Of a stretch of DNA of 64,000 bases, positions 46,459 to 55,855 are shown one piece after another. A program made the translations under genes and the position numbers. Position 1 is the stretch's first letter; each line of letters opens with the position of its first letter. Source of the DNA: a virus (Duplodnaviria; Caudoviricetes); IMG/VR virus record IMGVR_UViG_3300012952_003943, positions 13,003 to 77,002 of that record; one strand, 5' to 3'. The notes under the pieces were generated by a model, which was not told the origin of the DNA, made no database searches, and saw only the letters and a list, made by a program, of their open reading frames with translations.

Positions 46459-47258
46459 TAAATCTCCTCGGTGGTTGCATGCTTATGGTACCACTTTGGA
46501 TACGGCAAGTTATTTGCTACCTTAAAACTTTGGGAAAACTCAGGGGCCCAGCTTGGACATAGCTGCCCGTCAGCATGGCGGCGGGGTGGCATATAAACAG
46601 GGGTGCTGCTTTCAAGGCATAGCTTTAAAATACTTACACCGACTTGGCTATCGATATGCTTTGCAACACGAGTCTTCCAACGCGTATTTTTTCTCAAGCT
46701 AAAATCCCCATTCATGCAAGACATAAGCGCGCAGACTGTAACATCATCAGCTGTCTCAGTAAAGTGCTTCATATCCGAAGCTACATCGTATCGAAAATAC
46801 TTGACACACATTATATCACCTGAGTCTATTTTTTCATCAAGGCAAAAAATTGAAACGCCCCACTCTCCATTCCCTAGCATTCTACCCCACACTAACGATG
46901 CCCCACCTTGTACACCGGGCAGAGGTGCACCATGGTTTCCTACCACTTCATACCTTTGAACTATATTAGCAGGAACTATTCTAGAATCGCCTAATGTTAG
47001 TACTAAATCTATGTCTCTATCTTCACATTCCTCTTTGAACAAAGACCACTCATTACTACAATCCAGGAATATGTTATATTTTGAGCATACATGCTCCAAA
47101 GAAACTGCATTAACCTTATTTTCAAAGAGATCTGTGGGCAGGCCAAAGACATACCTAACGTCAAAACCACCTTCTATCAAAGCAACAATAGACTTAAGCG
47201 TAAGCCTTGTGTTCCCGATAACCGCTATTCTCCTATTTCTAAAATCTTTCTTGCCCAT
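46458..47258 (-). CDS. Second formyltransferase-family protein (266 aa)
   Basis: VVGNHGAPLPGVQGGASLVW; GVSIFCLDEKIDSGDI (Asn/His/Asp catalytic positions present). Confidence 0.75.
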   Translation of the reverse strand: MGKKDFRNRRIAVIGNTRLTLKSIVALIEGGFDVRYVFGLPTDLFENKVNAVSLEHVCSKYNIFLDCSNEWSLFKEECEDRDIDLVLTLGDSRIVPANIVQRYEVVGNHGAPLPGVQGGASLVWGRMLGNGEWGVSIFCLDEKIDSGDIMCVKYFRYDVASDMKHFTETADDVTVCALMSCMNGDFSLRKNTRWKTRVAKHIDSQVGVSILKLCLESSTPVYMPPRRHADGQLCPSWAPEFSQSFKVANNLPYPKWYHKHATTEEI

Positions 47259-47782
47259 CTTTTCGCAATCTCTTTATATCCCTCATGTGTAAAGTGCACT
47301 CCATCTATGAGGTGTTCTTCCATATCATCCATTGAACAAATGCCAAACTGTAGCTCTTTTGACAACTTTTTAATAACCTTGTTGTACTGGAAAATGTAAT
47401 CGTGGTTGTGCAAGTAAAAGGGGGAAAACCCTAATGTCGGGAGTGTCGCTACAATGACTGTCATACCAAAAACTTTTGCAGACTGAATTATTTGCCGCAA
47501 GTTATCTTCATATATACCAAGAGGCGTAGGCTTCTTTGTGTCATTAGTACCAATCATGAGGAGCATTATCTTGCAGTCTGAATTCGACTTTATTATCCCC
47601 CAACTTCTACGCAATAAGTCTGAGCTGGTTTCACCGTTAATTCCATAGTTGTGACATATATAAAACTCACCTAACTTTGAAGACAGGATCTTACCTAACT
47701 CAGCAGGATATGATCTTCCATACTCATCCCTTGCTCCGTAAGTTAATGAGTCACCTAAACATAATACTTGATTCCAAATCAT
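47225..47782 (-). CDS. SGNH/GDSL hydrolase (possible sugar O-acetyl esterase or transferase)
   Basis: LGDSLTYG; NYGINGETS; MIGTND; DGVHF. Confidence 0.9.
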   Translation of the reverse strand: MIWNQVLCLGDSLTYGARDEYGRSYPAELGKILSSKLGEFYICHNYGINGETSSDLLRRSWGIIKSNSDCKIMLLMIGTNDTKKPTPLGIYEDNLRQIIQSAKVFGMTVIVATLPTLGFSPFYLHNHDYIFQYNKVIKKLSKELQFGICSMDDMEEHLIDGVHFTHEGYKEIAKRWARKILEIGE

Positions 47783-48589
47783 TTATTTCCACTCCGTTTG
47801 AATGGGAAGCTTTTCTCCCGCTTTGTATGCGTCATGATTGACTATCTTATATCCGTTTGCAACACACTGACGTAAGTACTCTGCCATACGTGGAATTGCA
47901 AAGTTTGCAGTTGCCTGTGCGTCTCCACCGTACTCTGCTGCGGTGTCCGGAAGGCTTCCCCATATTTGCTGATTGTCTTTTGGGTGAGGTGCAACGTATG
48001 TATTAATTCCTGCATACTTTTGTAACGTATACGTAAAATGAATATCTTCACCGGCGCATTTGAACTTATCTAAATCAGGGGATTCTCTCCAAAAATAGTT
48101 TAAAAGCTCTTTTTCAAAAAACCAAGAATGCCCCACTAGATCAACCTTCACAGGGTAGTCATTTGGTATATCCCATCCGGCCCTTTGATCACAATTACCA
48201 TACACACTATCATCTGCGCCATAACCCTTTTCACTACCGAACAGTACCCCGATTGCTCCGTATAGCGCTCGCTCGTTATCGTTACACTGAATACAGTTCT
48301 CAAACCACTGAGGGCCTGGGATTGTATCATCATCAAAGATACAAACGTACTTTGTTTTTGCCATTAGCGCAGCGGCAAAGCGATACCACACACCAAAGTT
48401 GTGATTGCTGATAACACTAATGCAATTATTTGCCACTCCAATATCAAGCCATGGGTGCGGATCATAACAGTTTTGTATTAACCAGACCTCTTCCGGCTTG
48501 ATGCTTTGATTCATAACAGCCTCATACTGCTGCCGAAGTGTGTGGGGCCGACCATATGCCTGCAATATTGCAGTTACTCCATCTTTCAT
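47783..48589 (-). CDS. GT-A fold (GT2-like) glycosyltransferase (268 aa)
   Basis: TAILQAYGRP; YVCIFDDDTIPG (DxD); GEDIHF. Confidence 0.8.
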   Translation of the reverse strand: MKDGVTAILQAYGRPHTLRQQYEAVMNQSIKPEEVWLIQNCYDPHPWLDIGVANNCISVISNHNFGVWYRFAAALMAKTKYVCIFDDDTIPGPQWFENCIQCNDNERALYGAIGVLFGSEKGYGADDSVYGNCDQRAGWDIPNDYPVKVDLVGHSWFFEKELLNYFWRESPDLDKFKCAGEDIHFTYTLQKYAGINTYVAPHPKDNQQIWGSLPDTAAEYGGDAQATANFAIPRMAEYLRQCVANGYKIVNHDAYKAGEKLPIQTEWK

Positions 48590-49536
48590 TATGTTGTCTC
48601 CATTAAACTTTCAACTGTTTGCTGCAGTGCCTCGTCAAAATTTGTAGGCTCTGATATTCCTATCCTTGAAACTTTTTCATTAGATATCGAATATCTAAAG
48701 TCATGACCTGGCCTATCATCAACAAACGTAATTGCATCAGTAGGATCAACACCCATGATTTTGCATATTTTTGTAATGACCTCCAGGTTTTCCATTTCAT
48801 TACAATGAGTTAAATTGTAAGTTTGATTTTCTTTGCCATTGAGCAACACATCATAGACCATCTTTACACAATCCTTGACATAAAACCAGTCCCTAACATT
48901 TTTTCCGTCTCCGTATACAGGAATGCCTGTTGAGTTTTGTATGCATCTTACAACGGTAGGGATTAACTTCTCTGTGTGCTGACGAGGCCCGAAGTTATTG
49001 CTCATGCGCACCATCTTATATGTGGTGCCGTATGTGTTGTGATAGGATGTCACAAAGTGTTCTGCAGCTGCCTTGCTAGCAGAGTAAGGATTTTTAGGAT
49101 TTAAGGAATCAGTTTCACTGAATGAGCCTTTTGTAGTCGAGCCGTATACCTCGTCAGTAGAGATATGCAGTAACTTTGTTCCTGTATTTTTACATGCTTC
49201 GAGAAGTGAAACGACACCTTGGATATTTGACTGAATAAAGGGCTTAGCATTCTTGATCGAATTGTCAACATGCGACTCCGCGGCAAAGTTTATTATCCAC
49301 TCGACACTTCTCATTTCGCATATCTCTGATATAAACTGTGTGTCACATATATCTCTATGCCACAACCTAAAATTTGGAAGATTGTATGCGTGCTTTATAT
49401 TTGTAGACTTACCAGCATAGGTAAAGCTGTCTATTCCACAAACGTCATGACCATTTTCAATCAGCAAATCCGACATATGGCTTCCGATAAAGCCGGCGCA
49501 GCCTGTAACTAATACATTCATTTTCTCTTTACTCAT
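48589..49536 (-). CDS. rmlB: dTDP-glucose 4,6-dehydratase
   Basis: LVTGCAGFIGS; FAAESHVDNSI; HISTDEVYGS; PYSASKA; EKLIP; DRPGHDFRY. Confidence 0.96.
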   Translation of the reverse strand: MSKEKMNVLVTGCAGFIGSHMSDLLIENGHDVCGIDSFTYAGKSTNIKHAYNLPNFRLWHRDICDTQFISEICEMRSVEWIINFAAESHVDNSIKNAKPFIQSNIQGVVSLLEACKNTGTKLLHISTDEVYGSTTKGSFSETDSLNPKNPYSASKAAAEHFVTSYHNTYGTTYKMVRMSNNFGPRQHTEKLIPTVVRCIQNSTGIPVYGDGKNVRDWFYVKDCVKMVYDVLLNGKENQTYNLTHCNEMENLEVITKICKIMGVDPTDAITFVDDRPGHDFRYSISNEKVSRIGISEPTNFDEALQQTVESLMETT

Positions 49537-50344
49537 AATTTTCCAAGCACCACGTTAAAGCATCGCTAGCCGATCTAGGGCTAAAGCCTGTGGATTTAAG
49601 TTTCTCTACTGACAAAACGGCATTCACCCTTTTTTCAGGTATCATGTCTAGCATTTCGTCATATGTAATTTGCACTACATTCATCCTTGGCCGAAGGTGT
49701 TTTTTTACCATTTGTGCGATTTCAAATGGAGACACTACGCCGGCGTTAACACAATTATAAACACCTCTAGCATCAATTTTCAACAAATGTTCTATCATTA
49801 ATGAAAAATCCTCAGTGCACGTTATGGAGTTTGATTCTTTGTGGCAATATAAAGTCTCATGAGAAAGAAACTTTGTTATCATGTTTGTAGAGTGTTCTTT
49901 AGAGCTTATCATTTGCCGCGGCCGCAAAATTAGATAATTTTCATATCCATAAGACTGAATATAGCTATCTGCCCAGTCCTTTGTCTTCGTATACCACACT
50001 GCAGGTGATGTGTGATCCGACTCAAGTACAGGCGCCTCGCTTCCGTCAAATACACACCCGGTGCTAATATGAACAAGCTTACACCCGTATGCCTGGCATG
50101 CTCTTAATATGTTGATCGGCCCAACAGTGTTGACAAGGTATGACTCATCGCGGTTTTTACTACACCACTCTAAATTTGTCTTTGCTGCACAGTTAATAAC
50201 CGTACCGGTGAACCCCTTAAGCGTATCCATGACATCTGCTAACACCGTTATATCACATTTCTTGTGTGGGACAACAATGTCCCCCGGCTTTCTTATCGTC
50301 TTTGAAACCTTGCCATCACCAATAATGATCCTACTTTCACTCAT
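49529..50344 (-). CDS. rmlD: dTDP-4-dehydrorhamnose reductase-like
   Basis: INCAAKT; VNTVGPINILRAC; LVHISTGCVFDG; YTKTK; GVYNCVNAG; adjacent to rmlA and rmlB. The Rossmann glycine motif is degenerate. Confidence 0.8.
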   Translation of the reverse strand: MSESRIIIGDGKVSKTIRKPGDIVVPHKKCDITVLADVMDTLKGFTGTVINCAAKTNLEWCSKNRDESYLVNTVGPINILRACQAYGCKLVHISTGCVFDGSEAPVLESDHTSPAVWYTKTKDWADSYIQSYGYENYLILRPRQMISSKEHSTNMITKFLSHETLYCHKESNSITCTEDFSLMIEHLLKIDARGVYNCVNAGVVSPFEIAQMVKKHLRPRMNVVQITYDEMLDMIPEKRVNAVLSVEKLKSTGFSPRSASDALTWCLENYE

Positions 50345-51059
50345 CCGCTTCCATACCGACTAACATATTGGCGGCCCTATATGATTTATGGGTACCTGCG
50401 TCTGTCCACCATCCTGATAGGACATCAAACCCGACTGCACCCTCTTTAACATAAGAGTTATTTAGCTCAGTTATCTCATACTCTCCTCTAGATGAAGGCT
50501 TAAGCTTTTCAATTCTAGAAAATGCCGATCCGTCGTAAATGTATATGCCGGTCACACACATGCTTGATACGTACTCTTTAGGTTTTTCGATGATCTCAGA
50601 TATGCTGTCACCATCAATAACAGCAACACCATATCTCTCAGGATCAGATACTTCTTTTAAAAGTAGAAAGCACTTCTTTCCGGAAGCATTATATTTTTTA
50701 ACGACACCTGATAAATCATCCTGGAATATATTGTCACCTAAAAGCACCATAAAATTTTCGTTGCCTACAAAGTTACTAGCCAGCCTTAGAGCATCTGCAA
50801 TTCCTGCTGCTGACTCCTGAACCTTAAATGTAAATGAACAACCGTACTTTTCACCGCTTCCTAATAAACTGATCATATCACCCATGTGCTCAGTTCCAGT
50901 TATAACTAAAATTTCAGTTATCCCTACGTCTACCAGTTTTGTGACAAGGTGTAATATCATGGGCTTCTTGCCTACCGGCAACAAATGCTTATTAGTGACA
51001 TCTGTCAAGGGCTTAAGTCTTGAGCCGGTACCTCCTGCTAATATGACACCTTTTCTCAT
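50337..51059 (-). CDS. rmlA: Glucose-1-phosphate thymidylyltransferase
   Basis: KGVILAGGTGSRLKPLT..NKHLLPVGKKPMI; LGDNIF; DPERYGV; IIEKP; RGEYEITE; WWTDAGT. Confidence 0.93.
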   Translation of the reverse strand: MRKGVILAGGTGSRLKPLTDVTNKHLLPVGKKPMILHLVTKLVDVGITEILVITGTEHMGDMISLLGSGEKYGCSFTFKVQESAAGIADALRLASNFVGNENFMVLLGDNIFQDDLSGVVKKYNASGKKCFLLLKEVSDPERYGVAVIDGDSISEIIEKPKEYVSSMCVTGIYIYDGSAFSRIEKLKPSSRGEYEITELNNSYVKEGAVGFDVLSGWWTDAGTHKSYRAANMLVGMEADE

Positions 51060-51916
51060 AACGGACTAACCTCACTTAAAAGCTTCAAATACTTCTTCGT
51101 TGACTTTTCGATTGTATGATTTTCCAAAATATAGCTCCTTGGATCCCAGCTTTGCAATGGAACGCTAAAAAACTTTTCAATTGTCTCTTTGCTAATTTCT
51201 TTTTCAATTAGGCCGCAACGTTCATCAAAGTAAGGGACAGATGTTGCCGGCCAGCTCTGTATAGGCTGATCCGGAGAAGAGTAAAGGGTGTCCTGATTAA
51301 ACACGAGGCAGGGAACACCAGCGCTTAGTAACTGCATATATGCATACCCTTGACTTTCAGTGTTAGTGAGAAGAATAGCGAATGCAGCACTTTTGGCACA
51401 CTCTAAAAAATCTAACTCATGATAATTCCCATACTTAAACACGACTGCTTCTTTGAACCCACTAGAAGAGCACTGGCTTAGAGACTGTATTAATTTTTGG
51501 ACGTCTGAATCAGGGCGATTTTTTACGTAAACTATGCACCGGTCTTTTTGACGGTTTGGAGTCCAAACATCGACATCAACGCCGCCTGACCACACATGCA
51601 CGCTTTTGCCCTTTAAGACAGGGTCTGATATATGCTTTTGTCTTACCCATTCAGAGGGTGCTATAAAGTTGTCAAGCTGATCAATATAAGGAACGATGTG
51701 ATCATTAGAGTAGTTAGGGCCTATCAATACTTGGCGCCCAGATAACTTTTTTACGTCAGGCCAGTCCTCACCCCACTGCAAACATGCAACATTATTAGTT
51801 TCATCGATTGAAACTTCAGCTACACCTAATTCGCTTAACCCGCGGCCCAGGGTATATGCTAGCCGACCAGGACCACGATCAAAGTACTTTGCTACGATGT
51901 GAATATTGTCTATCAT
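51056..51916 (-). CDS. GT-B-like glycosyltransferase (286 aa)
   Basis: FIAPSEWV; GGVDVDVW; TESQGYAYMQLLSAGVPCLVF. Confidence 0.65.
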   Translation of the reverse strand: MIDNIHIVAKYFDRGPGRLAYTLGRGLSELGVAEVSIDETNNVACLQWGEDWPDVKKLSGRQVLIGPNYSNDHIVPYIDQLDNFIAPSEWVRQKHISDPVLKGKSVHVWSGGVDVDVWTPNRQKDRCIVYVKNRPDSDVQKLIQSLSQCSSSGFKEAVVFKYGNYHELDFLECAKSAAFAILLTNTESQGYAYMQLLSAGVPCLVFNQDTLYSSPDQPIQSWPATSVPYFDERCGLIEKEISKETIEKFFSVPLQSWDPRSYILENHTIEKSTKKYLKLLSEVSPL

Positions 51917-52555
51917 TTATCCCTTGTCTTTAACATACAAAGCATCTCCCCATGTTCCATGATGATCAGCTAGTTTTGTTTCGACTCGAGAAAAACCAAA
52001 TCCGCTTAAGTATTCATCAATCTCATCGACATTACAACACCCCTTGTAGAGCTCACCGATATTGATCTCAGCATAAATGTAGTCAATAGAGTCAAGCATA
52101 TTGCTCATTCCTCGAAGGGCCAAAAGCTCAGCACCCTGGATGTCAACATTCACAAAATTAAACGCGCTAGCATCTAGCCCATTTTGCTCGAATAAGCTGT
52201 CGACCCGCCTGGTCGGAACACTTACGGTCTCTACCATTTCGATGTGAGGGTATAGCTCTTTGTGTTCATGCAGCTCAAATATTGATGAAGACTCCCCATT
52301 ATTTGCAACATTTAAATTAACCCACAAGCCATCTGTCTCATGCGCAGCAAAACAAAAAACACTGTGACCGGGAACAGCTATAACCCTGTTTAGAAGGCCA
52401 ATTATCTTGTTAGGATTTGCCTCGACCCAAACAGTCCTGCCTATTCCACACGAGACATAGTCTTCTAGTTCTTCTGCATTATGGGCACCAATATGAACAA
52501 CACCTCGAATATTGAGATTATGTCTGGAGATTAAATCATGTAGCTTAATATACAT
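51917..52555 (-). CDS. FkbM-family SAM-dependent methyltransferase
   Basis: VVHIGAHNAEE; VEANP; GESSSI; VNVDIQGAELLALRG; YIYAEIN; WGDALY. Confidence 0.88.
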   Translation of the reverse strand: MYIKLHDLISRHNLNIRGVVHIGAHNAEELEDYVSCGIGRTVWVEANPNKIIGLLNRVIAVPGHSVFCFAAHETDGLWVNLNVANNGESSSIFELHEHKELYPHIEMVETVSVPTRRVDSLFEQNGLDASAFNFVNVDIQGAELLALRGMSNMLDSIDYIYAEINIGELYKGCCNVDEIDEYLSGFGFSRVETKLADHHGTWGDALYVKDKG

Positions 52556-53352
52556 TAGCTTCCTCTAACGGAGTGGCCATCAGACCAATCGCCCTTTGGC
52601 TTTTGCTTGTCAAACTTTTGCAAAAGCTCAGTAAAATATGTCACCCTTCGTACGTCAGTTATATCGGTGAACAATACATCAACAATCGCCTTAGAGATCT
52701 CTTGCCTATTAGTTGTCTGATATGGGGACGGAGGATGAATTCTGTGCTTCATTAAAACATCTGGAACATTTGCAAACTTCATGTCTTTCATTCTACCCTT
52801 TTTCCAGATCTCATAGTCCTCTACTGAATAGTACATTGTATTATAGAAACCCACACCTCTAAAATGTACGTCCTTTCTATAAACGACACAACTAGTCGCT
52901 AGTGGATTCTCGCACCTGTCAAGCCACTCAACAATATCATCATGTTCAGTCGGCAAAAGCGGGGTCTTTTTTTCAACTGCATCCCCGTAACCAAAATACT
53001 GAAACCTAGAACCTACAAAATCGACACCTGGATTTTCTAGAATAAAGTCTTTTTGTTTTGCTAGCTTTTCCTGATCCCATAAATCATCAACATCACATAT
53101 AGCTAGCCAGTCGTTTTTTGCAATTGTGATGCCATAGTTTAGGGCATTTGCTTTATTTGCAACCGGTAAGTAATGATAGTGAAAGCGATTATCAAATTCA
53201 ATAAAGTCTTCAACAATCATTCTCGTATTGTCAGTCGAGGCATTATCTAGTATCAAACATTCAAAATATGGAAATGACTGTGCTTGAATATGAGATAATG
53301 CATCCCTAACCCACTCAGATCCGTTATATGTAGCTAACAATACAGTAAACAT
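52555..53352 (-). CDS. GT2 glycosyltransferase (about 265 aa)
   Basis: TVLLATYN; LDNASTD; LAICDVDDLW; EDYEIW. Probable ATG at 53352 (TAATG with the HAD gene). Confidence 0.88.
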   Translation of the reverse strand: MFTVLLATYNGSEWVRDALSHIQAQSFPYFECLILDNASTDNTRMIVEDFIEFDNRFHYHYLPVANKANALNYGITIAKNDWLAICDVDDLWDQEKLAKQKDFILENPGVDFVGSRFQYFGYGDAVEKKTPLLPTEHDDIVEWLDRCENPLATSCVVYRKDVHFRGVGFYNTMYYSVEDYEIWKKGRMKDMKFANVPDVLMKHRIHPPSPYQTTNRQEISKAIVDVLFTDITDVRRVTYFTELLQKFDKQKPKGDWSDGHSVRGS

Positions 53353-53669
53353 TAAGATCCCTTCATGCCGTGACTTCGCATCCAATCTTCGACGTTAACT
53401 GCCTTATCATCAACTAAAAGATCATAGTGAGGCTTCTTATTCATAATAAGCTCATGATACTTTACTCCCCACTCCTGCATTTGTGTTGCAGTATGTTCCG
53501 TCCAGTCTTTTCCGGAAACGGAACCTCTTGCGGTAAAAAGCTTAATTGTATGACCTTCATCGTACAACCTATTAACCGACTCTATCATATGTGGCCATGG
53601 CTCAGAGCCTTCATAGTCACTTCCGTTAGTATAACACAAAGTGCCATCAATATCAAAACAGTATATCAT
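53352..53669 (-). CDS. Small HAD-superfamily phosphatase (capsule biosynthesis phosphatase type)
   Basis: FDIDGTLC (DxD); FTARG; KPHYDLLVDDKA. Confidence 0.85.
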   Translation of the reverse strand: MIYCFDIDGTLCYTNGSDYEGSEPWPHMIESVNRLYDEGHTIKLFTARGSVSGKDWTEHTATQMQEWGVKYHELIMNKKPHYDLLVDDKAVNVEDWMRSHGMKGS

Positions 53670-54184
53670 TCAAAATCACCCACGATTGTATGTAAAAAGA
53701 CCTGGTGTGCACACTCGACCACCCCGTAATCATGAGAATTCACCCATATGTCCAGAGCACTAGTACCTGAAAATTGCCTTAATCGATTATCCTCATCAAA
53801 GCCTGTAATAATTGCAAACTTTAGACCTAAGTGCTCACACATCCTTGCAGACCGAACTACGTTTTCAGAATTTCCAGATGACGATATCAAAATTACGAAC
53901 GTCCCATTATCTCTTGTATCATAAAAATCCTGAATGAACTTAGCATATGCGTCGTCCATCCCATAGTCATTGATATAGCATGTCAATCTAGATGGATCTG
54001 AAAAAGCAATTGCTTTTTTGCCAAGCATTTTTGTATAGTCTTGAGCAATGTGTGAACATATTGAATTACTTCCACCATTGCCAATCAATATCGTCAGGTC
54101 ATGTGAAAACACAAGCTCACGCAGAACGCGGATATCTTTAACATCAAACTTAGATACCGCGTCTGTTAATTCAGATAGCTTCAT
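53666..54184 (-). CDS. gmhA: SIS-domain phosphoheptose (sedoheptulose-7-phosphate) isomerase-like
   Basis: LIGNGGSNSICSHIAQD; CYINDYG; ILISSSGNSENVV; YGVVECAH. Confidence 0.8.
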   Translation of the reverse strand: MKLSELTDAVSKFDVKDIRVLRELVFSHDLTILIGNGGSNSICSHIAQDYTKMLGKKAIAFSDPSRLTCYINDYGMDDAYAKFIQDFYDTRDNGTFVILISSSGNSENVVRSARMCEHLGLKFAIITGFDEDNRLRQFSGTSALDIWVNSHDYGVVECAHQVFLHTIVGDFE

Positions 54185-54203
54185 TTTTACCTCATGACGG
54201 CAA

Positions 54204-55148
54204 CTATATTACTAGAGATGAAAGGCCGTCTAGACTTATTGTAATTTTTGTAGCTATTTTGTTTAGTGGTTTTGGCAGCTCAGGTAAGGGTGAGTTCTTT
54301 TTGCAAAAAATCAAAAAGTGTCCTCCACCCCCTGCACCGCATAACTTGTGGGCAAATACGCTCTCAGACTCGTTTAACAGGGTGTCGACTGATAGAAGAT
54401 CGTCATTCCCTAGAATCAAGTTAGAAGAAAGCTTTTTCTTTTCCCATCCCTCTGCTATTATTTCAAAAAATGTACCGCTATCATACTCTAAAACGGATTG
54501 GTGCATAACATTTACCAAATCCACAATCCCTCTTAGTTTTTTAATATCGATCGACTTAAGGATATTTGTCGAGCCTCGGGTCTGGCCGGTATAGAGAAGG
54601 TACATGTCAAATTTTTCTAAAAATGACGAGTCTAAATACTCAAATGATGGATCATCATCTTTCGAAAAGTAGATTCTCTTAAATCCTGACATTCCACACC
54701 CATATGGATCTTGTTGCCCTGTTAACGGGTTAAACTTTCGCTCAAGGGTTAAAGCTAGCTTACAAATATCAAAGTCTGTCATCTCCCTATCTTGTAGCAC
54801 ACACATAGCCTTGATCATTGCAATCAAGTAAGATGATGATGCCGCCATTCCAGATCCGACTGAGAATATGTCAGAATTAAAGCTAACCGTTAAATGCTTT
54901 TTTGGCTTAAACTCCTCGAATACAACCCTAACAATATCATTCTTTATGTCATGCCAGTTTGAGACCTCTTCCGGACTTGTACAGTTAACGATATACTTTT
55001 TTCTATGATTTTCATGAACCGTGATGTATGTGTATAAATTGCATGGAAAGCTTATGACAGATCCTGTTCCGTTATGCTCTAAAAACTCTTGAAGATCACT
55101 TGAGCCTCCTACTAGAGATACTCGGACCGGGCACTTAGCTATTATCAT
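54204..55148 (-). CDS. hddA: GHMP kinase, D-glycero-alpha-D-manno-heptose-7-phosphate kinase-like
   Basis: PVRVSLVGGSSD; GSGMAASSS; GQQDPY; KLCGAGGGG; adjacent to gmhA. Confidence 0.8.
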   Translation of the reverse strand: MIIAKCPVRVSLVGGSSDLQEFLEHNGTGSVISFPCNLYTYITVHENHRKKYIVNCTSPEEVSNWHDIKNDIVRVVFEEFKPKKHLTVSFNSDIFSVGSGMAASSSYLIAMIKAMCVLQDREMTDFDICKLALTLERKFNPLTGQQDPYGCGMSGFKRIYFSKDDDPSFEYLDSSFLEKFDMYLLYTGQTRGSTNILKSIDIKKLRGIVDLVNVMHQSVLEYDSGTFFEIIAEGWEKKKLSSNLILGNDDLLSVDTLLNESESVFAHKLCGAGGGGHFLIFCKKNSPLPELPKPLNKIATKITISLDGLSSLVI

Positions 55149-55855
55149 GCTTTTCTAATCTCCTCATGATTTTTATCTAACATCAATATTTTCTTAGGGT
55201 ATGGAAGATCCCAGCTTTCTGGATATCCATATGAAGGAAGCATTGTCATGACACTGTCCTGGTTGGATATTAGGTAGCGATTTAAGTGCGACTCATCATG
55301 CCAGACTGCCACCAGATTTTTTTCGAGATCTTTATCGATGTTGATTTTATTCTGGTGTGACATTTTCATAAATGCCTCTTTTGTGCCTCCGTTGAATCCT
55401 CCCATCCAATAACAAGGACGACCCTCACTAGGATCAACATATGCAGTCGATTCTTTTCTAGTTTCAGGAGTGCCAAGAGGTGCTGAAGGGGTTTTGTTAT
55501 TAAAAAACCCTGGATGGGCAACTGCGACTAAGGGCTTGTCAGGTGTCGGCAATATTTCTTCGCCTACATGCATATTCACAAACGAGTCGACATCAGTGTA
55601 GTACAAGACGTCTATGTCTTTTAAAAGGTGCTCTATGGCACAAAAATAGTGGTACCTAAATAATGTGTCTCCAGGAAACCCCTGTCTTTGGATTTGAATA
55701 AGCGATACATCATCCGGATATGGCTCTGGGAAGTCACAGAAAAAGAAAAAGTGTTTGTTATGCTCTTTTAAGAACTTCTTTTTCACTGTGTCATACAAAT
55801 GAGGAAAATAGTGACGATAGTTTCCTGTTCCTACAACTAGTATGCCTACATTCAT
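55145..55855 (-). CDS. GT6 (ABO-type alpha-1,3-Gal/GalNAc transferase family) glycosyltransferase
   Basis: GILVVGTGNY; TLFRYHYF; YYTDVDSF; AVAHPGF; ESTAYV; YWMGGFNGG; WHDESHLNRY. Confidence 0.92.
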   Translation of the reverse strand: MNVGILVVGTGNYRHYFPHLYDTVKKKFLKEHNKHFFFFCDFPEPYPDDVSLIQIQRQGFPGDTLFRYHYFCAIEHLLKDIDVLYYTDVDSFVNMHVGEEILPTPDKPLVAVAHPGFFNNKTPSAPLGTPETRKESTAYVDPSEGRPCYWMGGFNGGTKEAFMKMSHQNKINIDKDLEKNLVAVWHDESHLNRYLISNQDSVMTMLPSYGYPESWDLPYPKKILMLDKNHEEIRKA

